Part shown: positions 22,412 through 30,393 of the stretch, in pieces
How the letters are laid out: the number at the start of each line of letters is the position of its first letter
Position numbering within the stretch: position 1 is the first letter of the stretch
Assembly: GCA_034678345.1 (NCBI GenBank)
Contig: JAXDBZ010000038.1
Location: 1-40,149, forward strand
Length of the DNA: 40,149 nucleotides
Source: Candidatus Eiseniibacteriota bacterium
GTDB lineage: Bacteria > Eisenbacteria > RBG-16-71-46
Direction of reading: 5' to 3'
Notes under the pieces: model-generated
The model's input: only the letters and a program-made list of their open reading frames with translations
What the model was told of the DNA's origin: nothing
Database searches by the model: none
Translations under genes and position numbers: made by a program

Positions 22412-24190
22412 TCAGCGGTCCACGATCGCCAGGGCCCGCTCGAGCAGCTCGTCGCGCCCGGCCGCCACGCCCGCCCGCGTGCGCGCGACCGGCACGGTGG
22501 GTCGCACCCCCACGCCGTGCAGCCGCGAGCCGTCGTTCTTCAGCACCTTCATCCCGGTGAAGCGCGCGCGGTAGCCGCCTGGCAGGGCCACGGTGACGAC
22601 CTCGCCGTCGGTGCCGGCGCTGGCCTCGCCGACGATCTCGCCCAGCCGGTAGTGCTCGACCGGCTCGAGGTAGGTCTCGGCCCGGCTGATGGCGCGCCCG
22701 TCCACCAAGAAGGCGACGCGGGCGCGGAAGCGCGGCACGAGCGGCGTCACGGCGTGGCTCAGGTAGGTGAAGGTCATGCCGCGGTGGTCGGGCCGGCTCA
22801 CGACCGGCGAGGCCCACGGCGGACTCGCCAGCGTGACGTCGGTGAGGTGGGCGAGCGGGTCGGTGGAGATGCGGCGCGGGTAGCCGCGCAGATCGAAGAC
22901 GATGCCGCGGGCGGCGGCGAGGCTGTCGAGGGCGGCGGCGAAGTCGACGTCGGTGGCGCGATCGAAGTCCACGTACCAGACGCCCGGTCGCAGCGCCGCG
23001 ACCGCCGCCGGGCGGTCCTCGACCACCCGCATGCCCCGCAGCCGCCCCAGCCGCACGCCGCGGACGGCGCCGGCGGCGTCCTCGACCTCGAGCGCCACCG
23101 AGTCGGCGCCCGCGCCGCGCTGCAGGGCCAGGCTCGAGAGCCAGCGCAGGTGCTGCGGCGTGGCGTGGCTCAGGGCCGGCGCGAGCTCGTCCAGCCAGCT
23201 CGCCACCGGCCGGCCGTCCACGGCCCGCACCGTGTCGCCGGGGCGCACGCCGCCGGCGAGGCTCTCCGCCACGGCGGTCACCACCAGCCGGCCCTCGATC
23301 CAGGCCCAGGTCAGGGGCAGGGCGCCGGGCGGCTCGCAGCCGTCGCTCACGCCGCCGTGCCCGTCGCTCAACCGGGCCACCAGCCGCCGCAGCGTGACCG
23401 TGAAGCCGGCCGCGTCGCGGTCCGTGGCGGCGCGGCGCAGGGCCTCGCGCAGGGCGGCCGGCCAGTCCGTGCCGGTGACGTCGAAGTAGGGGTAGAAGTG
23501 CTGGGCCGCGTTCCAGAGCAGCGCCACGTCCGCCAGCCGCGTGGCCCGGTCGTCGCCCGTGGGCCGGCCGCCGGCGGGCCCCCGCTCCGGCAACCACGCG
23601 GGCAGGAGGCCGCGCGGCAGCGTGCCGGCGGAGTCGCACGGCAGCGCCAGCGCCAGCGCGCACCACGCGCCGCCGCCGAGGTCCGCGCGCAGCGTGCGCC
23701 CGGGTGCCGGCGCGAAGCCGCGCGACGGGGGGAGCGGGAAGCGCTCGCGGCGGCTGTGGAAGACGTCCGGCTGCGGATCGGCGGTGGGTCCGTAGCCGTG
23801 GTGGACCCACTCGGTGACGGCGACCGGCCGCGTCCCCGGCGGCAGCCAGCCGCGCGGGCCCGCCTCGGTCGGGCGCGTGTCCAGGCTCAGGCTCGGCGCC
23901 AGCGGCAGGAAGATGCGCCGCAGCGTGGCGACGAGCTGCTCGGGCGTGGCGGCCCGCTCCACGGTGTCCACCGCGGCGATGGCCAGCGCCTCCCAATCGG
24001 CCGACGCCGCCTCGTCGGCGGGGTGGAAGTAGCGCACGTAGCCGAGCAGCCGCGTGAAGGCGACGAGGTTGGCCAGGCCGCGCTCGCCGAGCGGGCGCGC
24101 GTCCTCCGCCTCCGCCCGCACGCCGGGCGCGAGCTGGAGCAGGAGGACGAGGGCCGGTGCGAGTCGGGCGGCGCGCGCCGTGCTGCGCAT
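22412..24190 (-). CDS. S41 family (tail-specific/C-terminal-processing-like) peptidase with a PDZ-like segment; secreted
   Basis: I prefer the ATG at 24190 (MRSTARAARLAPALVLLLQLAPGVRA, with GGAG upstream) over the track start at 24271. PDZ-like: GVRPGDTVRAVDGRPV. S41-like: GIVFDLRGYPRR, VAFLVDGRAISRAETY, HGVGVRPTVPV. Confidence 0.6.
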   Translation of the reverse strand: MRSTARAARLAPALVLLLQLAPGVRAEAEDARPLGERGLANLVAFTRLLGYVRYFHPADEAASADWEALAIAAVDTVERAATPEQLVATLRRIFLPLAPSLSLDTRPTEAGPRGWLPPGTRPVAVTEWVHHGYGPTADPQPDVFHSRRERFPLPPSRGFAPAPGRTLRADLGGGAWCALALALPCDSAGTLPRGLLPAWLPERGPAGGRPTGDDRATRLADVALLWNAAQHFYPYFDVTGTDWPAALREALRRAATDRDAAGFTVTLRRLVARLSDGHGGVSDGCEPPGALPLTWAWIEGRLVVTAVAESLAGGVRPGDTVRAVDGRPVASWLDELAPALSHATPQHLRWLSSLALQRGAGADSVALEVEDAAGAVRGVRLGRLRGMRVVEDRPAAVAALRPGVWYVDFDRATDVDFAAALDSLAAARGIVFDLRGYPRRISTDPLAHLTDVTLASPPWASPVVSRPDHRGMTFTYLSHAVTPLVPRFRARVAFLVDGRAISRAETYLEPVEHYRLGEIVGEASAGTDGEVVTVALPGGYRARFTGMKVLKNDGSRLHGVGVRPTVPVARTRAGVAAGRDELLERALAIVDR

Positions 24191-24348
24191 GGGGACTCCG
24201 TGGACGATGCCGGATCGGCGCCCGGTCGGGGACGTGCCTCCAGCCTGGGGCGGGGCGCCCGCGCCGGTCAATCCGCGACGGGGCGGACGTGCCGATCCGC
24301 GCGCCCGCCGCGGCGTGACCGCGACCGGCGGGCCCCCGGGCCCGGGAG

Positions 24349-24357
24349 TGCTATAGT
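24349..24357 (+). promoter_or_regulatory. Extended -10 element (TGcTATAGT) 6 nt upstream of the ATG at 24364; possible leaderless transcript
   Basis: TGC TATAGT at 24349-24357. The start codon is at 24364-24366. There is no SD at normal spacing. Confidence 0.35.
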
Positions 24358-24363
24358 CGTGAC

Positions 24364-25395
24364 ATGAACGGGCCTCAGGTCGTGGTGGTGGGCGCCGGCG
24401 TCGCCGGCCTTGCCTGCGCGCAGGAGCTCACGCGACGGCGGATCCCCGCCGTCGTCCTCGATCGCGCCCGCGGCGTGGGCGGCCGTTGTGCCACGCGGCA
24501 CGTGGACGGACGCCCGGTGGACTTCGGCACCTTCTACCTGCATGCCGCCTCGGACGAGTTCGTGGCCGCCCTCGGCGAACTGGACCCGGCCGGGCGGATC
24601 GACGGCTGGCCGGAGCGCGTGCGCGAGCCCAAGCTGGCCTGCCAGCCCGATTCGCTCCTGCCGGGGACCGTCCGCTTCGCCCGCCGCGACGGCGTGAGCG
24701 TCTTCCCGAAGCACCTGGCGCGGGGGCTGGACGTGCGGCTGGAGCGGCGCGTGACGGCGCTGGCCGCCGACGGGCCGCGCCTGCGTCTGGAGGTCGCCGG
24801 GGCCGGCCCGCTCGAAGCCGACGTCGTGGTCGTCGCCGGTGCGGTGACCGAGAGCCTCGCCCTGGTCGAACCGCTCGTGGCCGGCTGGCCGGACGCGGCG
24901 GCGGGCCTCGAGCGCATCCGCGCCGTGCCCTTCATCTCCACGCTGACGGTGATGGCCGGCTACGGCGACGCGCCGCAACCCGACTTCGACGCGTGGTTCC
25001 CGTTCGAGGCGACCATGCTGCACGCAATCGGCAACGACTCGAGCAAGCGCGAGGCGGGCGCCGAGATGGTGCTCGTGCTGCAGGCGCGGCCGGGCTTCTC
25101 GGTGGAGTACATGGACCGGCCGCCGGCGGAGTGGACGGGCGAGCTGGTCTGGGAGGCCGCCGAGCTGCTGGGACCCTGGGCGGGCCGGCCGCGTTGGACC
25201 CAGTCGCACGCCTGGCACACGGCGCGCGTGCTGCCGCGCGACGTGCTGGGCGGGGCGATGGTCTTCGAGCGGGAGCCGGGCCGGGCCGGGCCGCGCGTGG
25301 CGGTCATCGGCGACGCCTTCGCGAAGTCGGCCGGGATGGAGGCGGCGTACGAGAGCGGTGTGGCCATGGCGGCGCGGATCGCCGCGCCCGGCTGA
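24364..25395 (+). CDS. NAD(P)/FAD-dependent oxidoreductase (amine-oxidase/renalase-like fold)
   Basis: 343 aa. N-terminal dinucleotide fold VVVVGAGVAGLACAQEL...VLDRARGVGGRCATR and a C-terminal VIGDAF motif. Confidence 0.6.
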   Translation: MNGPQVVVVGAGVAGLACAQELTRRRIPAVVLDRARGVGGRCATRHVDGRPVDFGTFYLHAASDEFVAALGELDPAGRIDGWPERVREPKLACQPDSLLPGTVRFARRDGVSVFPKHLARGLDVRLERRVTALAADGPRLRLEVAGAGPLEADVVVVAGAVTESLALVEPLVAGWPDAAAGLERIRAVPFISTLTVMAGYGDAPQPDFDAWFPFEATMLHAIGNDSSKREAGAEMVLVLQARPGFSVEYMDRPPAEWTGELVWEAAELLGPWAGRPRWTQSHAWHTARVLPRDVLGGAMVFEREPGRAGPRVAVIGDAFAKSAGMEAAYESGVAMAARIAAPG

Positions 25396-25412
25396 GCCGG
25401 GGTGGAACGCGG

Positions 25413-25443
25413 GCGGCCCGCCTCCTTGAGGGAGGCGGGCCGC
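25413..25443. terminator. Perfect 13-bp hairpin between convergent genes (candidate bidirectional terminator)
   Basis: GCGGCCCGCCTCC (25413-25425), loop TTGAG, then GGAGGCGGGCCGC (25431-25443). Confidence 0.55.
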
Positions 25444-25471
25444 GGTCGTTCCGGGCCGGGCCGGGTGACGC

Positions 25472-26380
25472 TCACCACTTCGGCGGCGGCGCGAAGCCCA
25501 GCTCGCCCCGCTCGCGCTGTTCGAGCCGGCGGCCTTCGGGATGGATGCCCAGCGCCACGAGTCCGGAGGCGTACTCGTAGCGGAACACCAGCCGGTCGCC
25601 CGGCCGGGCGGCGGCGACGAACCAGGTCTCGGTGACGCGGTCGGTGCGGCGCTCGCCCCAGCCGGTGCCGGGATAGGCCTCGTCCGCGCCCCGGCCGGCC
25701 AGCGACTTCTCCGTGGACTGCGTCGCTGATTCGCGCTGCACGCGGTCGGCCGCCATCGGCGCCTCGTTCGACTGCGGCGCCGCGGCCGGCGGCGCGCCCT
25801 CCCCCCGGCCCTTCCCCTCGTAGCCGTGACCGTCGAGCACGGGCCGCGGCCGCGCCACGTGGGCGCCGCGCTCGGCGAAGGCCAGCACGCGGATCCAGCC
25901 CATGTCGCCGTTGGCCTGCCCGGTGCGCGAGGCGTACGAGCGCTGCTCGTCCACGAAGACGAAGCGCCGGACCTCTTCGAGCGAGGTACGCCAGCCGCGG
26001 ATGGTCGCGGTCTCCCAGGGGTCGAGCACGTACATCGCCTCGTCGCGGCTCTGCCGCGAGCGCTCGCCGTTCACCACGTTGAGCCCGTCCACCGAGAGGA
26101 GCACGCCGATCCTGCCGCCGGTGAGGTTGCGCACGCGCAGCGCGTAGTGGCGGCCGCGGAAGGCCTCGAAGTAGCGGCGGTCCCAGTGCCCCGGGGCGAA
26201 GTAGAGCGGCGCGGCGCGGCCGTCCACCAGCACCTGGACGTCCACGAGGTTGCCGCGGGCGGAGCGGTCCCAGCGCGTGCCGTCGTCCTCCCGGTACGCC
26301 CCGGCGGGCGGCACGCCCAGCGCCAGGACGATCGCGGCGCAGGCCGCGAGGCTGCGGATCAGGTTCGTGGTGGTCGGCAT
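25472..26380 (-). CDS. Hypothetical secreted protein, 302 aa, no family recognised
   Basis: Trimmed to the ATG at 26380, which is preceded by GGAGGA. Signal-like N-terminus: MPTTTNLIRSLAACAAIVLALGVPPAGA. Two structured parts are separated by a Gly/Ala/Pro/Glu-rich linker. Third-position GC bias is consistent with coding. Confidence 0.55.
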   Translation of the reverse strand: MPTTTNLIRSLAACAAIVLALGVPPAGAYREDDGTRWDRSARGNLVDVQVLVDGRAAPLYFAPGHWDRRYFEAFRGRHYALRVRNLTGGRIGVLLSVDGLNVVNGERSRQSRDEAMYVLDPWETATIRGWRTSLEEVRRFVFVDEQRSYASRTGQANGDMGWIRVLAFAERGAHVARPRPVLDGHGYEGKGRGEGAPPAAAPQSNEAPMAADRVQRESATQSTEKSLAGRGADEAYPGTGWGERRTDRVTETWFVAAARPGDRLVFRYEYASGLVALGIHPEGRRLEQRERGELGFAPPPKW

Positions 26381-26576
26381 GGCGGTCCTCCTCGGTCTCG
26401 GGTGGGGCGCTCCTGGGTCCTCTGCCCGCGGATACGCCGGGGAGGTGGGGATATTCCCGCGGGGCCGGGGAACGGGGCCGGCCGGCCCGCCTTGCAGGGT
26501 GCAACGCGCGGGCCTCCGTGCGATGGCGGACACGCACTTGGACCGCGCCAGACGCGGCTGAGATCGCCAGGGCCGC

Positions 26577-26605
26577 TGGACCGAATGATGCGTCCAAGGT
26601 AGAAT
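26577..26605 (+). promoter_or_regulatory. Candidate sigma70-like promoter for the secreted MBL gene
   Basis: TGGACC (26577-26582), a 17-nt spacer, then TAGAAT (26600-26605). This predicts a ~105-nt leader containing the palindrome GGCCGTCCGTGGACGGCC (26632-26649). Confidence 0.35.
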
Positions 26606-26715
26606 CAGAGCCGCCACAGGGGCCCCCTCAAGGCCGTCCGTGGACGGCCGCGAGGAGTCCCCTAACTTCATTCAGGTGCCGGCGCCCCCTCGGTCTCCGG
26701 GACCACGGAGAACCG

Positions 26716-28839
26716 ATGCCCCCGATCCGTCGGCTGTTCGCGGCCCTGCTGGCCGCTGGCCTCGCCCTCGTCCTCGCCACTCCGGCCGCGGCCGTGACGG
26801 CCACCGGCCGCCTCCAGATCATCCAGCTCGACGTAGGTCAGGGGGATGGCGCCGTCATCATCTCGCCGCTGGGCGAGGTGGCGATGGTGGACAACGGCGT
26901 CTACACGAATCCCACGCCCGCCTGCGGCGTGAAGGTGCTGGCCCAGCTCCAGGCGCTGGGCGTCACGCACGTGAAGCACCACTTCGCCAGCCACTACCAC
27001 TCGGACCACATCGGGCTGATGAACACCATCTTCGGCACCGGCGGGATCACGCTCGACTACGGCTGGGACCGGGGCGGCTCCTACAGCAGCGGGACCTACA
27101 CGACCTACGTCAACACGCTGGGCAGCAAGCGCCGCACCCTGGTCAAGAACCAGGTCATCACGCTCGACTCGCTGTCGGCGCACCCGGTCACCATCAAGTG
27201 CGTGGACCTGAACGGAGCGGGGCTGTCCACGAGCGACGAGAACACGCTGAGCGTGGTGCTCAAGATCACCTACGGCGAGTTCCACGCGGTGTACGGCGGC
27301 GACATCGGCGGCTACAACTCCGGCAGCTACAAGGACGTCGAGAGCGTCGTCGCGCCCGAGGTCGGCGGGGAGGTCGAGGTCGTCAAGGTGCACCACCACG
27401 GCTCGGCGACCTCCACCAACCCGACCTGGCTCAGCACGCTGTCGCCCAAGGCCGCCATCATCTCGGCCGGCACCGGCAACAGCTACGGCCACCCGACCTC
27501 GGCGGCGCTCAGCCGCCTGCACGCCGCGAACATCAAGACCTACTGGACCGAGACCGGCTCCGGCGTGGCACCCAACGCGACCTGGGACCGGGTGTCCAAC
27601 GGCCAGATCATCATCTCGGCGACGTGGGAAGGGGCCGGCGTGGACACCATCCGCGGCAACGGCTTCACCGAGACGTTCACCAACGATGGCACGGCGCCCG
27701 TCGACGTGACCGCGCCGCTGGTGGCGCTCGGCGCGCCCGACGGCGGCGAGACGTGGAAGGCCGGCTCGAGCCACGCCATCACCTGGACCGCGACCGACGC
27801 GGTGGGCGTGACGTCGGTGACGCTGGCCTACTCGACCGACGGCGGGGCCAGCTTCCCCAACACCATCGCCACCGGCCTGGCCAACAGCGGCTCCTACACC
27901 TGGACGCTGCCCGTCGCCAGCACGACCACGGCCAGAGTGCGGGTCGTCGCCTACGACGCGGCTGGCAACGCGGGTCGTGACTCCAGCTCGGCCAGCTTCT
28001 CGATCGACCAGTGGCAGATCGTGGCCTCGGCCGGGGCGGGCGGCAGCATCAGCCCCGCCGGCACGACGCTGCTGCCGCAGGGGGCGAGCCAGGGCTACAC
28101 CGTCTCGCCCTCGGCGGGCTTCCGGGTCACCGACGTGCTGGTGGACGGCGGGTCGGTGGGGGCGGTGACCACGTACACCTTCACCAACGTCACCGCCGAC
28201 CACACCATCGCCGCGGCGTTCGCGGACACGCTGGCGCCGGCCGTGGCCCTCACCTCGCCGCAGGGTGGCGAGAGCTGGGAGGCGACGAGCACCCAGACCG
28301 TGACCTGGGAGGCGAGCGACAACGTCGGCGTGGACTCGGTGACGGTGGAGTACTCGGTGACGAGCGCCGCCGGGCCGTGGCTGACGGTGGCCCGCGGGAT
28401 GGAGAACACCGGCACGCTCGACTGGACCCTGCCGGCCTCGGCGGCCGACAGCGTGTGGGTGCGGGTGCTGGCCTACGACGCCGCCGGCAACGTGGGCAGC
28501 GACGTGAGTGCGGACGCCCTGAGCATCGTGGCCGGCGCGACCGCCGTCGGCGACGGCGTCCCGGCGGCACTGGCGCTGGCGCGGCCCATGCCGAACCCGA
28601 GCCGCGGCGCGGCGGTGCTGCGCTTCGCGCTCCCGCAGGCCGGGCAGGTGCGGCTGGAGGTCGTGGACCTGAGCGGTCGCAGCGTGTGGCACGAGGCGGG
28701 CTGGCGCGAGGCCGGCAGCCACACCGTACGCTGGGATGGCCACGGCGCGCGCGGCGAGACGTGCGGCGCGGGCCTGTACTTCGTGCGGTTGAGCACGCCG
28801 TGGGGCGCGCGGACCGAGCGCCTGGTGCGCCTGCAGTAA
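26716..28839 (+). CDS. Secreted ComEC/Rec2-type metallo-beta-lactamase-fold hydrolase with Ig-like domains and a FlgD-Ig/T9SS-type C-terminal domain
   Basis: 707 aa from the ATG at 26716 (GGAG upstream). Signal: MPPIRRLFAALLAAGLALVLATPAAA. ComEC-type MBL strings: LDVGQGDGAVI, MVDNG, SHYHSDHIG (26992-27009), VLKITYGEFHAVYGGD, VVKVHHHGS, AAIISAGTGNSYGHP. Two ~100-aa homologous domains (about 27703-28005 and 28225-28530) flank an InlB-B-repeat-like domain. C-terminal tail: PNPSRGAAVLRFALPQAGQVRLEVVDLSGR...GLYFVRL. Confidence 0.85.
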   Translation: MPPIRRLFAALLAAGLALVLATPAAAVTATGRLQIIQLDVGQGDGAVIISPLGEVAMVDNGVYTNPTPACGVKVLAQLQALGVTHVKHHFASHYHSDHIGLMNTIFGTGGITLDYGWDRGGSYSSGTYTTYVNTLGSKRRTLVKNQVITLDSLSAHPVTIKCVDLNGAGLSTSDENTLSVVLKITYGEFHAVYGGDIGGYNSGSYKDVESVVAPEVGGEVEVVKVHHHGSATSTNPTWLSTLSPKAAIISAGTGNSYGHPTSAALSRLHAANIKTYWTETGSGVAPNATWDRVSNGQIIISATWEGAGVDTIRGNGFTETFTNDGTAPVDVTAPLVALGAPDGGETWKAGSSHAITWTATDAVGVTSVTLAYSTDGGASFPNTIATGLANSGSYTWTLPVASTTTARVRVVAYDAAGNAGRDSSSASFSIDQWQIVASAGAGGSISPAGTTLLPQGASQGYTVSPSAGFRVTDVLVDGGSVGAVTTYTFTNVTADHTIAAAFADTLAPAVALTSPQGGESWEATSTQTVTWEASDNVGVDSVTVEYSVTSAAGPWLTVARGMENTGTLDWTLPASAADSVWVRVLAYDAAGNVGSDVSADALSIVAGATAVGDGVPAALALARPMPNPSRGAAVLRFALPQAGQVRLEVVDLSGRSVWHEAGWREAGSHTVRWDGHGARGETCGAGLYFVRLSTPWGARTERLVRLQ

Positions 28840-28867
28840 TCCCGGGCCCGGTCCCGGACGGAAGAAC

Positions 28868-28894
28868 GACGGCCACCCCGACGGGGTGGCCGTC
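28868..28894 (+). terminator. Perfect 12-bp hairpin after the MBL gene
   Basis: GACGGCCACCCC (28868-28879), GAC, then GGGGTGGCCGTC (28883-28894). It begins 29 nt after the stop codon. Confidence 0.5.
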
Positions 28895-29073
28895 GCGCGT
28901 CCGGCGCCGGGGCTCGGTGGGGATGACCCCGCGGCCGGGGACGGTGTAGAGTCCCGGCTCGCTTCCCCGGTCCCGGGATCGTTCGCCCGCGGCCGGTCCG
29001 ACTCCAGACGCGCCGCGGCGCCGCACGCCCCGCGGGCACGATGCCGCCCGATCCGGGCAGGGGAGACGCCCTC

Positions 29074-30246
29074 ATGCAACACCTGCTGACCGAGGAGCAG
29101 CGGAGCATCCAGGAGCTGGCCCGCACCATCGCCGAGGAGAAGGTCAAGCCGGTGCGGGCGAAGTACGACGAGGCGGGCACCTTCCCGCGCGACATCGTCC
29201 GCGAGCTGGCGAAGGTGGACCTGTTCCGCGTTTTCGTCCCGGCCGCCCACGACGGACTGGTCGAGGACGGCCTCGGCATCGTGAACATGTGCCTGGTGAC
29301 CGAGGAGCTGTCGCGGGCCTGCGGCGGCATCGCCCTGGCCTTCGCCGGCACGGCGCTCGGCGCCTTCCCCATCCTGCTGTTCGGCTCGGACGAGCAGAAG
29401 CAGCGCTACCTGCCGGCGATCGCCGCGGGGGAGAAGCTCGCCGCCTTCGGCCTGACCGAGCCGATGGCCGGCTCGGACGCCGGCTCGATCCGCACCACGG
29501 CGAAGCGGGACGGCGACCACTACGTGCTGAACGGCACCAAGGTGTTCATCACCAACGGCGAGGAGGCCGACCTCTACACCACGGTCGCGCTGACCCAGCC
29601 CGAGAAGGGCGCGCGCGGCGCCTCGTGCTTCATCATCGAGAAGGGCACGCCCGGCTTCTCCTTCGGCAAGAAGGAGCACAAGATGGGCATCCGCGCCAGC
29701 GTCACCGCCGAGCTGGTGTTCGAGGACGCGCGCGTGCCGGCGGCGAACCTGCTGAGCCGCGAGGGCATGGGCTTCCTCGTCGCCATGAAGACCTTCGACA
29801 TCTCCCGGCCCGGCGTGGCGGCGCAGGCGCTCGGCATCGCCGAGGGGGCGATGGACGAGACGCTCAAGTACGTGCACCAGCGCCAGCAGTTCGGCAAGCC
29901 CATCGTCTCGTTCCAGGGCGTGCAGTGGATGCTGGCCGACATGGCGACGCAGATCGAGGCCTCGCGCGCGCTCATCTACGGGCTCGCCGACCGCATCGAC
30001 AAGGGCGACACCAAGGACATCGGCCACCTCTCGGCGATGTGCAAGGTGTTCGCCTCCGACACCGCGATGAAGGTCACCACCGACGCGGTGCAGCTGCTGG
30101 GCGGCTACGGCTACATGACCGACTACCCGGTCGAGAAGATGATGCGCGACGCCAAGATCACGCAGATCTACGAGGGCACGAACCAGATCCAGCGCAACGT
30201 CATCGGCTCGTACCTGGCGAAGGAGGCCGCCCGGCTGGCGAAGTAG
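29074..30246 (+). CDS. Acyl-CoA dehydrogenase (short/branched-chain, butyryl-CoA dehydrogenase-like)
   Basis: 390 aa from the ATG at 29074 (GGGAGA upstream). Matching segments: AFGLTEPMAGSDAGS, NGTKVFITNG, RPGVAAQALGIAEGA, QFGKPI, LGGYGYMTDYPVEKMMRDAKITQIYEGTNQIQR. Confidence 0.9.
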   Translation: MQHLLTEEQRSIQELARTIAEEKVKPVRAKYDEAGTFPRDIVRELAKVDLFRVFVPAAHDGLVEDGLGIVNMCLVTEELSRACGGIALAFAGTALGAFPILLFGSDEQKQRYLPAIAAGEKLAAFGLTEPMAGSDAGSIRTTAKRDGDHYVLNGTKVFITNGEEADLYTTVALTQPEKGARGASCFIIEKGTPGFSFGKKEHKMGIRASVTAELVFEDARVPAANLLSREGMGFLVAMKTFDISRPGVAAQALGIAEGAMDETLKYVHQRQQFGKPIVSFQGVQWMLADMATQIEASRALIYGLADRIDKGDTKDIGHLSAMCKVFASDTAMKVTTDAVQLLGGYGYMTDYPVEKMMRDAKITQIYEGTNQIQRNVIGSYLAKEAARLAK

Positions 30247-30261
30247 GCCGGGCTCGCGCGG

Positions 30262-30300
30262 CGGGCGGCGGGGGACGAGCCCCGCCGCCCGTTTCTCTTC
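30262..30300 (+). terminator. Intrinsic-terminator-like hairpin with a T-rich tail after the acyl-CoA dehydrogenase gene
   Basis: CGGGCGGCGGGG (30262-30273) pairs with CCCCGCCGCCCG (30280-30291), followed by TTTCTCTTCC. Confidence 0.55.
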
Positions 30301-30393
30301 CCCGGGCGGCTTCCCCTATACTGCTCCGCCCGCGCCCGCTCCGGGCGCGTCCTGGACGGAAGGCCTCCCCCGAACGAACGGAATCCGGCTCCC

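Noticed and set aside
26668-30027. 1119-aa minus-strand ORF, the longest in the track
   Set aside because: It is antisense to the well-supported MBL-fold gene and the acyl-CoA dehydrogenase gene. Its translation is low-complexity (R/G/A/D/V) with no domain signature and no SD.
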